Shown in pieces: positions 19,612 through 28,610 of a stretch of 64,000 bases of DNA (position 1 is its first letter; the number at the start of each line of letters is the position of its first letter). This DNA comes from an uncultured Gammaproteobacteria bacterium (GTDB lineage: Bacteria; Patescibacteriota; Microgenomatia; UBA8517). Position numbers and translations under genes: made by a program. The DNA lies in contig CAZBTH010000003.1 in assembly GCA_964494885.1 (NCBI GenBank), positions 5,983 through 69,982 on the forward strand, given 5' to 3'. Under the pieces are notes generated by a model. The model was not told the DNA's origin, searched no databases, and was given only the letters and a program-made list of their open reading frames with translations.

Positions 19612-20124
19612 ATGTCCCAAAATCCTCATGGTAAATCCAGTCAGATCATAAAGAGTTTTGAGGCTAAATTACTTAGTAAAAGGTCTTTTGTGGCCAAAGT
19701 TGTAGATTTCCTTACCTCGTACTTCGGAACAATAGGATTTCTTTTCGCAAACGCGGCTATTTACGGAATTTGGGTTTTGGGAAATTCAGGAAAAATTCCC
19801 GGATTCCCCCAGGTTGACCCCTACCCCTACTCTTTCATGAATTCTTTCGTTTCAATAGAGGCGATCATTTTGTCCGTAATAGTTCTGATGAGTCAAAACC
19901 GGGAAAACCAGCGTGATATTTTACGAAACGAACTAGGACTACAGGTTGAGCTAATTTCAGAAAAAGAAATCACCAAAATACTTAAAATCCTCAAAGAAAT
20001 CCGCTCGGGAAAGAAGAATTCGGAACCCGACCAGGAGCTTGAGGAAATGACAAAAGAAATCGACGCAGGGTATATTGAAAGAAAACTGGAAAAAGAACTT
20101 ACGGAATCAGAAAAAATTACTTGA
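19612..20124 (+). CDS. DUF1003 family membrane protein
   Basis: DPYPY...SIEAIILSVIVLMSQNR. Confidence 0.9.
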   Translation: MSQNPHGKSSQIIKSFEAKLLSKRSFVAKVVDFLTSYFGTIGFLFANAAIYGIWVLGNSGKIPGFPQVDPYPYSFMNSFVSIEAIILSVIVLMSQNRENQRDILRNELGLQVELISEKEITKILKILKEIRSGKKNSEPDQELEEMTKEIDAGYIERKLEKELTESEKIT

Positions 20125-20149
20125 CATTGAACTTCTATAGGCTTAAACT
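20121..20149 (+). promoter_or_regulatory. Sigma-70 promoter of the orphan gene island
   Basis: TTGACA-17 nt-TAAACT. Confidence 0.6.
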
Positions 20150-20179
20150 TCCCTCAAAGTTTGCTGAAAACTTTAATAG

Positions 20180-20203
20180 ATTCCCGCCTACGCGGGAATG
20201 ACA
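20180..20203. repeat. dRS3-like palindrome
   Basis: ATTCCC-gcctacgc-GGGAAT (N8 spacer) followed by gaca. Confidence 0.7.
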
Positions 20204-20275
20204 GTTGGGAATGTGCACTTTTACATCATAATTCAAATTCAATTTTCATTTCTTGACCCACGAAAGGAGGTTAAG

Positions 20276-21514
20276 ATGGATAACTATTTGAAAGCGTTTC
20301 CTGATACAAGTCCTGCAACAAAGCACCAACTGCGTCACCTTCTTTCACAAGTTGGTAATGTAGACGAAGTTTTGAGGAAGGCAACCGAAAACGGTGTACC
20401 ACCGAAGAGTTTGGTCCAATGGCTTGATAAAAGCATTCAGAGACAACAAAAATCCCCAAGCAATCAACCGGTTGTTGCAGCGACAGCACCGAGACGAGCC
20501 GGGGATCAATCTTCTGAACGAAAAGTGGAAGAGCCCGCAGAAGAAGCCGAGGATCCAGCAGAGGAAAAACCGGAATGGCGTGAACGATTGACGGGATGGC
20601 TCGGCCGTGGCAAGTCAGGTAAGAAAGCCAAAGCTGATCAAGTTCAAGCTGGCAATCGAGACAGCCAAAAAAATTCCGGCTTGGTTAAATGGATCGGAAT
20701 CGGAATTGTAATTGTAGCAGTTGGTCTGGCCGGCTGGCAGTTTATGAGGAACGGCATAGCCCTTCCCAGTTTCAGCGGTGACAGAACAGATTTCAATCTC
20801 TCTGGCGCGCCAAGTTTTATCATAACTCTACTGTTTGCCCCAACTATTCTTGTAGCCATAAACATTATCTCATTCGCCGAATCATTTTCCAGAAAAGAAA
20901 GATGGCTCCTTGACTGGTGGATCGCAATACTAACAGTTGTTGCTCTGGTTGAACGGGTCGCTATCGGCGAAAAGCTCTGGTTGTTCCTTTTGGGCGCATG
21001 CACCTTTGGAATGGCTGTAGCCATCTTTTTAAACGAATCTCAAGAACAAGGTGGTTGGTTCGATACAATCGACTTAACCCCGTTGGGGAACGCTGCCGGA
21101 ATGCTTTTGATCATACACGCCGCCAATTGGGCCGCCATTCCATATCCTACATATGTTCCAATCTGGATCGTGTGGATTGTTTTTGGCATTTCTATGATCA
21201 AGGAACTCGCACGAACATTTTGGCTTGGGATATTTGCAGTCGTAACTGGTGTAGCGGCAGCAATTACACTTAATATCTCGGTGATTTCTATCTGCCTCGC
21301 AGCATCGGTAATCGCGGTAACCTGGGGTTCACGTAAAGGATGGGTTCCAACGTCTCGGCACCGTAGCGATACCTCTGTTTTCTCGGGAAGTGGTCGAGAA
21401 CTTTCGATCATCATTCCCTATGACGTAGTCCTTGGGCAAGTTTATGCGTTCGCGTTAACAGCGTTTGCCCTGTACGGCAACTTTTTGGTTGCGACATTTA
21501 CAGGCGGGCAATAA
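20276..21514 (+). CDS. Orphan multi-pass membrane protein with disordered N-terminus
   Basis: AAAGGAGG SD before ATG 20276; many hydrophobic segments in the C-terminal part. Confidence 0.8.
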   Translation: MDNYLKAFPDTSPATKHQLRHLLSQVGNVDEVLRKATENGVPPKSLVQWLDKSIQRQQKSPSNQPVVAATAPRRAGDQSSERKVEEPAEEAEDPAEEKPEWRERLTGWLGRGKSGKKAKADQVQAGNRDSQKNSGLVKWIGIGIVIVAVGLAGWQFMRNGIALPSFSGDRTDFNLSGAPSFIITLLFAPTILVAINIISFAESFSRKERWLLDWWIAILTVVALVERVAIGEKLWLFLLGACTFGMAVAIFLNESQEQGGWFDTIDLTPLGNAAGMLLIIHAANWAAIPYPTYVPIWIVWIVFGISMIKELARTFWLGIFAVVTGVAAAITLNISVISICLAASVIAVTWGSRKGWVPTSRHRSDTSVFSGSGRELSIIIPYDVVLGQVYAFALTAFALYGNFLVATFTGGQ

Positions 21515-21608
21515 CAAATTTCGCATCAACCAAACCCCCCCGTGGGACGGATATTTCTTCAATTCAGAAGAAAAAATCATCTCACGGGGTACAAATCGGA
21601 GGTCCGAA

Positions 21609-21839
21609 ATGAAAAAATTGTTTGCGAAATTCAGTTCGTCAATGTCAACATCAAAATGGCGACCGACTATCCCAACCCAAACCAAAACAATTGGAAAGGT
21701 GTTTTTCGACTTTCTGATCCTGGCTATTGTGATGACATCAATTGTCGTTGGGATCTTTTCCAAGAATCTTATGATTCCGGCGATCGTACTCCTTGCTTTG
21801 TTTGTATTAAGTTTTTTTATCCAGCGAAAGCCCGGATAA
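21609..21839 (+). CDS. Small two-TM protein
   Basis: GGAGG SD; hydrophobic hairpin. Confidence 0.65.
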   Translation: MKKLFAKFSSSMSTSKWRPTIPTQTKTIGKVFFDFLILAIVMTSIVVGIFSKNLMIPAIVLLALFVLSFFIQRKPG

Positions 21840-21849
21840 GGAGGAAGAA

Positions 21850-22743
21850 ATGTTAAAGAAGATCAAAATCAGTGAACGAGGAGATGGTCGGATAATATTC
21901 GTCCTCCTCCTCGCGATCGTGGTAATCGTTATTCTCCTGCTGTTCGGAGGGGGAGCCCAATTAGTGGCTATCAACTCTGTGTCGCGGCTCCTGGAGTGCC
22001 AAGACATGGGAATTCTGGGAGTAAGACTGCAAAATTCATACTCGCCCAAACAGGAGTATGCAATGGAGCACCAATTCCCTGATGACGTCGCTTCTGGGCA
22101 GGTTAGATACATAAGCATTCTGGGTGATGACATCACCATCCCCAAAGAAGGCTGGGGAGACATCTACGCAAGACGGGAAGACTTTTCCTATTGCGTCGAC
22201 GACCTAACCGACGACAAAAAGAAAAGGACTTGCATTGACAACTACTACGGCAATCCCGATGCCGGATTTGCCACAGTTGGCATTGGTGGAACCATTTGGA
22301 AACCCACAGATTATGGCCAACTGAGCGGGCAAAAAATGTACGTCAGCGTGGCATTCATCACCGGCCTGACGGATTTTGGGTTCCCTATCGGAGCAATCGT
22401 CATTAATGACGATTACAATCCGGACTTTTCACCCCAGGCGTATACCCCTGACTTTCAGGCCTCCCTCGCATGCAAGATGCTTGTTTGGGAAGGTACTGAT
22501 AAATCAGAGATCAATTGCAGGGACTTTGGATACTTGCCTTACACGAATAAAGTAATTCAAGGGCCCTCGATAATCAACGGAGCTGGATACTATATCGTCG
22601 AAGGGTGCTCTAATGGGATTTGGGTAAAACCGTATTCAGAAATGCAGCCGGGGGCTTTAGACGGCCTTTCCCAAAAAACGTTGGAATCGATTGTCGAGAT
22701 GTTCGGACAAATCACCGCTCCGGCTCCGGCTTCGACACCCTAA
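21850..22743 (+). CDS. Membrane-anchored extracytoplasmic protein with six Cys
   Basis: AGGAGG SD; N-terminal hydrophobic helix after ERGDG. Confidence 0.8.
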   Translation: MLKKIKISERGDGRIIFVLLLAIVVIVILLLFGGGAQLVAINSVSRLLECQDMGILGVRLQNSYSPKQEYAMEHQFPDDVASGQVRYISILGDDITIPKEGWGDIYARREDFSYCVDDLTDDKKKRTCIDNYYGNPDAGFATVGIGGTIWKPTDYGQLSGQKMYVSVAFITGLTDFGFPIGAIVINDDYNPDFSPQAYTPDFQASLACKMLVWEGTDKSEINCRDFGYLPYTNKVIQGPSIINGAGYYIVEGCSNGIWVKPYSEMQPGALDGLSQKTLESIVEMFGQITAPAPASTP

Positions 22744-22765
22744 CCATTTCCTGGAGGACAATAAC

Positions 22766-23236
22766 ATGTCACAAAATTCGAGTCCAAAACCGGCCAACAA
22801 AAAGCCGATGTTTTTCGTCCTTGGTATCCTGGGAGCAATCGTCGGGATAGCCATTTTTGGAAGCGCAGCCGGAAGGTTTGTTGCATATTTGATCTGCGCC
22901 TTGTTCATTGGCGCGGTCGGCTATGTGACTTACAATTCTACCAAAGACGCCAAGTACTGGCTCGGCATACCTTTTGCCCTGACTTTCTTCGGCTTTGTCT
23001 TCGGAGCCTTTGAGGATGCTGCCAGATACGGAGCAAAAATCGGTGGCAGTTTTCAAGGCATCGCCTGGCTGCTACTCTGCCCTATTATCGCCATTGCCGT
23101 TGCCATAGGCAGCCGCTTGTATTCAAAGAAAAAGCCTGACATCGACGCAGGAATCAATGATACATTAAGGAATGTTGACACTGCGCTTGATAATGCAGCC
23201 GATGAATTGGGCAAACTGCTCAAATTGAAGAAGTGA
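22766..23236 (+). CDS. Four-TM hypothetical protein
   Basis: GGAGG SD before ATG 22766. Confidence 0.75.
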   Translation: MSQNSSPKPANKKPMFFVLGILGAIVGIAIFGSAAGRFVAYLICALFIGAVGYVTYNSTKDAKYWLGIPFALTFFGFVFGAFEDAARYGAKIGGSFQGIAWLLLCPIIAIAVAIGSRLYSKKKPDIDAGINDTLRNVDTALDNAADELGKLLKLKK

Positions 23237-23249
23237 TACTTAAATCTTG

Positions 23250-23295
23250 ACCGCTCGTTGCGCTTTAATACAAAAAGCAACGGGCGGTTTTTTTT
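23250..23295 (+). terminator. Rho-independent terminator
   Basis: accgctcgttgc / gcaacgggcggt stem with a T-run. Confidence 0.8.
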
Positions 23296-23345
23296 GCCCA
23301 TCGAAGCTCGAAGAGCGAAGTTGGGTTTGGAGAAACCCGCCCCAC

Positions 23346-23374
23346 TTGACATACCATGTCTATAGGATTATACT
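23346..23374 (+). promoter_or_regulatory. Sigma-70 promoter
   Basis: TTGACA-17 nt-TATACT. Confidence 0.75.
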
Positions 23375-23391
23375 GCCGGCAAGTCAAAAAT

Positions 23392-24405
23392 ATGGCAAAA
23401 CCCGAGGAATCAGACAATAGCCAACAAGGTGAACTAGAAGGTGAACTAGTGATAGATGTCACCCCACTTAATCAAGCCGAAGAGGATTCGATTGAGGTGG
23501 CCAATCCTTCAAGAATGCGCAAATTGACTGGTGAGGAAATTAAATCACTAGGTCTTCCCGAAACAGTAGCCCCATTAATAACAAGCGCTGTCAGAAAATC
23601 AAAAAAAGGCCCAGACAAGCTCATCTATCTCCTTAGAACTGGTGAAGGAAGCGTTTTTGAAATGGATGAAAGGCATCCGATGGTCCAGGAAATGCAGATT
23701 AAGGCCGCCGGTGCTGCAATCGACACTTTTGAGACTGTAACCCCACTTCAAACGGCAAATGCGATCAAAAATGCAATTAGTCAATTTGGATATACTTTCG
23801 ATGGAGGGCCGCTTCAAGCTTGGGATTTTGCAATAAAAGCGATGGATAAGATGATCGAGTTCCAAAATAAACAATTACAAATTCATCAGATAAATGTGAT
23901 GCAAGCAGCAACAGTACAACTTCAATCGGACATAAGTCTTGGCCTCGCCGGATATTTGACTCTTCCACCGCTTAGAAAACGTGCAGCAGACATATTAATT
24001 CAACTAGGTCTTGCGGCCGCTGTTAAAAACTATTCTGGCCAAGACACTCTAGATGCGGCCGATAGACTTGGAAAAATAAACCTTCTTTTCGAACAGATGA
24101 CACAAGAGGCGGCCACTGCAAAAGCGCAGGGGAAGGCTGACCGGGCATATCTCGCTGCCGATAAGGCAAAAACATTTATCGGAGACATACTCGCACAAGG
24201 AAACGAAAGTACTATCGCCTTTTCTAAAACTTTGATTGGTTTTGTATTTGGAGACGACCATCAAGACGAAGGTGTGATAACGGCAACACTGAACAAAGCT
24301 GGGGAGTCGGGTCAAAAACTTCTTGCCCTTATACAAGGGTCGGGTCAGGGTATAAATGGTTTTTTCAAAAATTTGTTTAATAAAGGTGGAGGAGCACGAC
24401 CTTGA
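23392..24405 (+). CDS. Hypothetical helical protein
   Basis: Long Ala/Gln-rich ORF downstream of the promoter. Confidence 0.75.
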   Translation: MAKPEESDNSQQGELEGELVIDVTPLNQAEEDSIEVANPSRMRKLTGEEIKSLGLPETVAPLITSAVRKSKKGPDKLIYLLRTGEGSVFEMDERHPMVQEMQIKAAGAAIDTFETVTPLQTANAIKNAISQFGYTFDGGPLQAWDFAIKAMDKMIEFQNKQLQIHQINVMQAATVQLQSDISLGLAGYLTLPPLRKRAADILIQLGLAAAVKNYSGQDTLDAADRLGKINLLFEQMTQEAATAKAQGKADRAYLAADKAKTFIGDILAQGNESTIAFSKTLIGFVFGDDHQDEGVITATLNKAGESGQKLLALIQGSGQGINGFFKNLFNKGGGARP

Positions 24406-24520
24406 CCGAAAAGGCCGAGATGGAAAATAACAGTCCCACTCTTGCAATCCCCTAATAATAATCCTACAATCCCCCTGCAACTTAACATTACCCTGAAAAG
24501 GGAATAAAAAGGAGAATCTT

Positions 24521-24955
24521 ATGAACGACCTGATTTGGTATTTGGTCTTATCAATTGCCGGTGCTGTAGGCTTTTTCATCGCGATCTTCATGCCTTTTTT
24601 GTGTGAGATCAAGAAAACAAGACTGGAGATGGAAAAGAAACGCGCGTTACGGGCGAAAAATCCGATTTCTTTCGGCCTCAATTATTTCTTTGACGAAAAC
24701 GACAGAATTGAGGCTGTCGTCACTGACATCGACTATGAAGCCGGAGAGTTATCTATCGACGTCACCTTGCATGTAGCAGGTGACGACACCATCCTAAGTG
24801 CCCCGAACGACAGTGATTTGAGCAATGTCAGACTGTCGGTAAGGCACGCAGACGGAATAGTCGAAGCGCTATCGTTTGACATTGCAAATGACAAACCTGT
24901 CGCCTTTGACGGATGGGACATTGTAATAGACGACGTTCTTGCCAAAACTGGCTAG
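24521..24955 (+). CDS. Single-TM hypothetical protein
   Basis: AAGGAG SD; N-terminal TM. Confidence 0.75.
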   Translation: MNDLIWYLVLSIAGAVGFFIAIFMPFLCEIKKTRLEMEKKRALRAKNPISFGLNYFFDENDRIEAVVTDIDYEAGELSIDVTLHVAGDDTILSAPNDSDLSNVRLSVRHADGIVEALSFDIANDKPVAFDGWDIVIDDVLAKTG

Positions 24956-24978
24956 GTCGTTTTCTTAAAGGAGACATT

Positions 24979-25362
24979 ATGCCATTCAAAACCTGGTCAG
25001 CTCTGATATTTTTGACGTTCGTGCTTGCAATATTTGTGATAACGCCGTTATGCTACGCTATCGGCGATAAAAAGGCCGAAACCGAACTATTGAACAGAGA
25101 GTTTACTGTTTTCGCCTCGGTTGTCAACAACACTGAAAAAACGCAAATCGGAACAATTCAGGCCAATTCGGTATCTGGAGTTTGGGAATTTGGATATATT
25201 GGGTATGTGTCTGGTCCAATCCAGCTTGACAACGGCTTTAATCTTACATCGGAACAGGGTGGTTACATTCTTACAAAAGAGAACGTTCCAAACAAGGTTT
25301 ATTTGACAGTCGGTACCGTAAAAGGATGGCAGATAGTTTACGCTAATCCAATTCTTCCATAG
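24979..25362 (+). CDS. Single-TM hypothetical protein
   Basis: AAGGAG SD before ATG 24979; same layout as the preceding gene. Confidence 0.75.
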   Translation: MPFKTWSALIFLTFVLAIFVITPLCYAIGDKKAETELLNREFTVFASVVNNTEKTQIGTIQANSVSGVWEFGYIGYVSGPIQLDNGFNLTSEQGGYILTKENVPNKVYLTVGTVKGWQIVYANPILP

Positions 25363-25375
25363 GATGAAAGTCAAC

Positions 25376-25435
25376 AAGAGCAGCGCTAAATCACCCAAAA
25401 GGTGAATCCTAACAAAGGACGCTGCTCTTTTTTTT
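25376..25435 (+). terminator. Terminator with two internal hairpins
   Basis: aagagcagcg / cgctgctctt stem enclosing tcacc/ggtga and tcct/agga, then a T-run. Confidence 0.7.
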
Positions 25436-25476
25436 GGTTATTGCCAACCCCAAAAGCCCGGGACTACAATCCAAGT

Positions 25477-26001
25477 ATGCCGGGAGATCATGTAAAGTCC
25501 AGCCACCGCCTAATCCAAAGTTTTGAGGCAGACCAGCTCAAGAATCGTCCAAAATTCATACAAATTGCAGACCGATTAACTTTGTTGTTTGGGAGCATTA
25601 GTTTTTTTACTCTTAATGCCTTGCTTTTTATTGTTTGGATAGCAATCAATACAGGGTCCGTCCCACTTATACCGGTCTTTGACCCCTACCCTTTTATTCT
25701 TTTGACTATGTTTGTTTCGCTTGAGGCAATTTTTCTTTCCATAATCGTTCTTATGAGCCAAAACAGACAGGGGCACATTTTTACCCTCCGCGAGGAACTT
25801 GATATGCAGGTTAATCTCCTGGCAGAACGCGAAATAACTATGTCACTTAAAATTTTGAAGCTGATGGCAAACAAAATGGGAGTAAAAATTAAGGATAAAG
25901 AACTGGGCGAGATGGTTAAAGAAACCGATATTTCTTATATCCAAAGAGAAATACAGGAACAAATTCAGGAAAGAAAACGTCTTTCCAAAAATACAAAATA
26001 A
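25477..26001 (+). CDS. DUF1003 family membrane protein, second paralog
   Basis: FDPYPFILL...SLEAIFLSIIVLMSQNR. Confidence 0.9.
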   Translation: MPGDHVKSSHRLIQSFEADQLKNRPKFIQIADRLTLLFGSISFFTLNALLFIVWIAINTGSVPLIPVFDPYPFILLTMFVSLEAIFLSIIVLMSQNRQGHIFTLREELDMQVNLLAEREITMSLKILKLMANKMGVKIKDKELGEMVKETDISYIQREIQEQIQERKRLSKNTK

Positions 26002-26015
26002 AAACAATAAGCAAG

Positions 26016-26089
26016 TGTCCTTGCGAGGAGCAGTAAGCGACGCGGCAATCTATAACGGATGAGATTGCTTCGTATGACTCGCAATGACA
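26016..26089. repeat. RPE-like palindromic element
   Basis: tgtccttgcgag...gcaatct...gagattgc...ctcgcaatgaca nested inverted repeats. Confidence 0.75.
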
Positions 26090-26096
26090 AAAAGCA

Positions 26097-26215
26097 TCAC
26101 ATTCGTTCGGGCGCTTTCCCCACGAGATTTTCGCTCTCGCCTTTAGGTATTATTCATACACGGCTCGTGCCAAAATCTGGCGGGGCTACACGCCCTCACA
26201 TTCGTTCGGGCGCTT
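26097..26215. repeat. 20-bp direct repeat duplicating the argS 3' end around a hairpin
   Basis: tcacattcgttcgggcgctt at 26097-26116 and 26196-26215. Confidence 0.85.
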
Positions 26216-28025
26216 GTATCCCAAGAAGTTGAAGGCCATTCTTAAGTATCTGCCCTGTTGCAGCTGTAAGCGTCACTCTGAATGCACTTATACTCTTCCA
26301 CTCTTCTGCTTTTCTACTCTCATCCTCCAAAATTCTAAATTTATTGTAAAAAGTATTATATTTCGAAGCCAAATCATATAAATAGTTACACAAAAGATTG
26401 GGTGAGTAAGTTTTGGCTGCAGTCGCTATTACCTCAGTAAATCGGGATAAAGCTCTTAGTAACGACAATTCTTCTTCAGTTTCCATTTTCCATTTGCCAT
26501 TTATCATTTCATTTGTAGATTTGCTTATTTGCTTATTTGTAGATTTAAGAAGTACGCTGTTGCATCGAGCAACTGTATATTGAAGATATGGGCCCGAGTT
26601 GCCTTCCAAAGACAGGGAACTTTCAAAATCGAACGCAATGTCCCCGCCTATCCCTTGCTTTAAAAATGCATATTTAACGGCTCCAAGGGCAACCTGTTCT
26701 GCAATTTCATCTTCCATATTGTGTGCATCAAGAAGTTTTTTCTTAGCTTCGTCCAAAACCCATTCCCCCCTAATAATTTTTCCGGTTCTTGAACTCATCT
26801 TTCCTTCGGGAAGACGGACCATCCCGTGCCCTATGTGTGTTGTAGCCTCGGCAAGATCCTTTTTGTACATAGATAGGGCTTTAAGGACAACGTCAAAATA
26901 GGCATCAATCTCGTTACCGGTCACGATAATCGATTTGTCATATGGAAAATCTTTGTATTTGGCAACAGCATTGCCGAAATCCTTGGCTTCGTATGTGGGC
27001 AAATTAAGGGCATTTATAAAAACCCTATTATGCAAACCGTATTTTTCTCCAGGAAAAATTACAGCGCCACGCTCACCCTTCTCAAAAATTCCTTTGGCCA
27101 AACCGTCCAAAACCATTCCATAGCCAAATTCTCCGGTTCTGCTTTCCGGATAATAGCCGTCAAACTTCATCCCAACCCTTTTATAAATTGATTCGAAATA
27201 TTCCAAACTCCATGCCCTACCAATTTCATAAATATTTTTGATTTCAGAATAAGAATACTTGCCGTCTTTTTTGATATATTGATCGTAGTTCACCTGTGGA
27301 GATTCGTTGAATTCCGGCAAAACCACTTCCTGTGCAGCCTTGAAAATTAAAAAGTTAAGCTCTTTCATATCTTCTACTGCTTTCGGATCTTCTTCAAAAG
27401 CAGTTGCACCTTTTGCGTATGCTTGTCCAAAATACTCGATTCTTTCTTTTAGAGGCTTTTCGGTAAGGTCTTTAATATCAACTTTGTCCTCTGAAAACTT
27501 AAACATTAAACCCCAAATCGCCTTGGCAGCATGCATGCCAACATCGCCAAAATAATCGGCTCGCCATACGTCTCCGCCAATCGCGCTTTGCAAGCGGCTA
27601 ATCGATTCACCAACCGTATTTGTATATAAGTGGCCTATATGAAACTCTTTGAATGGGTTGGGATCGGTATATTCAACAACTACTTTTTTACCCTTAAGAA
27701 AACCGCTCTTTCCATAACTTTCCCCTTCTTTCTGTATCTTCCCAAGCTCGTTGACAAGGGTCCCCCCTGTCAACCAAAAATTTATAAAACCCGGGCCGGC
27801 GACTTCAATTTTTTCAATAAATTTGGATAATTCGGGAGACTGGGATAGTTTGATTTTGATTTCTTCAGCCAATTCCCTTGGATTTTTGCCCTCGCTTTTT
27901 GCCATGATTAGCGCAATATTGCACGAGTAGTCGCCGAATGTTTCGTTTTCGGGAAATTCCAAGCTGATTTCCTTTGCTTTGGTTACAGCTTCTAAAGCCG
28001 TTAGTATTTTAGTTCTAGTTTCCAT
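26196..28025 (-). CDS. argS: Arginine--tRNA ligase
   Basis: FGDYS, VAGPGFINF, HIGH, KMSSRTG, GPYLQY and the APERM terminus. Confidence 0.97.
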   Translation of the reverse strand: METRTKILTALEAVTKAKEISLEFPENETFGDYSCNIALIMAKSEGKNPRELAEEIKIKLSQSPELSKFIEKIEVAGPGFINFWLTGGTLVNELGKIQKEGESYGKSGFLKGKKVVVEYTDPNPFKEFHIGHLYTNTVGESISRLQSAIGGDVWRADYFGDVGMHAAKAIWGLMFKFSEDKVDIKDLTEKPLKERIEYFGQAYAKGATAFEEDPKAVEDMKELNFLIFKAAQEVVLPEFNESPQVNYDQYIKKDGKYSYSEIKNIYEIGRAWSLEYFESIYKRVGMKFDGYYPESRTGEFGYGMVLDGLAKGIFEKGERGAVIFPGEKYGLHNRVFINALNLPTYEAKDFGNAVAKYKDFPYDKSIIVTGNEIDAYFDVVLKALSMYKKDLAEATTHIGHGMVRLPEGKMSSRTGKIIRGEWVLDEAKKKLLDAHNMEDEIAEQVALGAVKYAFLKQGIGGDIAFDFESSLSLEGNSGPYLQYTVARCNSVLLKSTNKQISKSTNEMINGKWKMETEEELSLLRALSRFTEVIATAAKTYSPNLLCNYLYDLASKYNTFYNKFRILEDESRKAEEWKSISAFRVTLTAATGQILKNGLQLLGIQAPERM

Positions 28026-28059
28026 ATAAATTTTATAACTTTTATAATAGTTATAATTG

Positions 28060-28587
28060 TTATACACTGCTTTTTTTATACTCCATCCTCTTTTTAAACA
28101 AGTTCTCTCTAAAACCACCCTCTTTAATAAATTTCTCCTCGGTCCAACGAAGTTTTTGATCCAAAAGTTGGTTTGTTTGGTTTATTAAACAAAGCATGGC
28201 GTTGGCTGCAGCCTCGGGGTTCCCAATATAACTTTTATAAAGGTTATAATTTTTATAATTGTTATACGCAAGCCGTCGGACAGCTTGCGCCTCAGAAGAG
28301 CCCACTTCCCAAACCTTTAACCCTTTTTGTCTTAAGTAATCTTGATAGTCATTTAACAGTTCTTCTAAACTTCCTCTGGCAACACCTAAAAGTTTAATTC
28401 TGCCTTCCAGGCTTTTTTGCAAATATCCTTCAGCTATATTCTGTTTGCCGCTTCTTGCCGCCTGCTCCATTTGGTCTTTGGTGCGAGATTTGTAATTGAT
28501 ATAGAGTTTGCAAAATTCAACAGTAAAATCGTAAACAATTTCGCTTTGAATATAGAAAGGTAACGTTTTGTAACCCTTATTTTCCAT
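28060..28587 (-). CDS. Four-helix bundle protein with suffix domain, gene D
   Basis: RTKDQMEQAARSGKQNIAEG...VARGSLEELLNDYQDYL...EGGFRENL; TATAA-based 9-mer arrays inside (28232-28266) and downstream (28026-28064). Confidence 0.92.
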   Translation of the reverse strand: MENKGYKTLPFYIQSEIVYDFTVEFCKLYINYKSRTKDQMEQAARSGKQNIAEGYLQKSLEGRIKLLGVARGSLEELLNDYQDYLRQKGLKVWEVGSSEAQAVRRLAYNNYKNYNLYKSYIGNPEAAANAMLCLINQTNQLLDQKLRWTEEKFIKEGGFRENLFKKRMEYKKSSV

Positions 28588-28610
28588 TTTTACTATTTTA
28601 TTATAACCCA

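Noticed and set aside
24049-24681. 210-aa minus-strand ORF and other antisense ORFs such as 29712-30356 and 37575-38108
   Set aside because: They overlap better-supported genes on the opposite strand and have no motifs.
20276-25362. Integron cassette array
   Set aside because: No repeated attC-like sites between the genes and no integron integrase.
28026-28118. N-terminal extensions of ArgS and, similarly, the M16 peptidase (19010-19081)
   Set aside because: They read through repeat arrays or the neighbouring gene; downstream ATGs fit the family N-termini.
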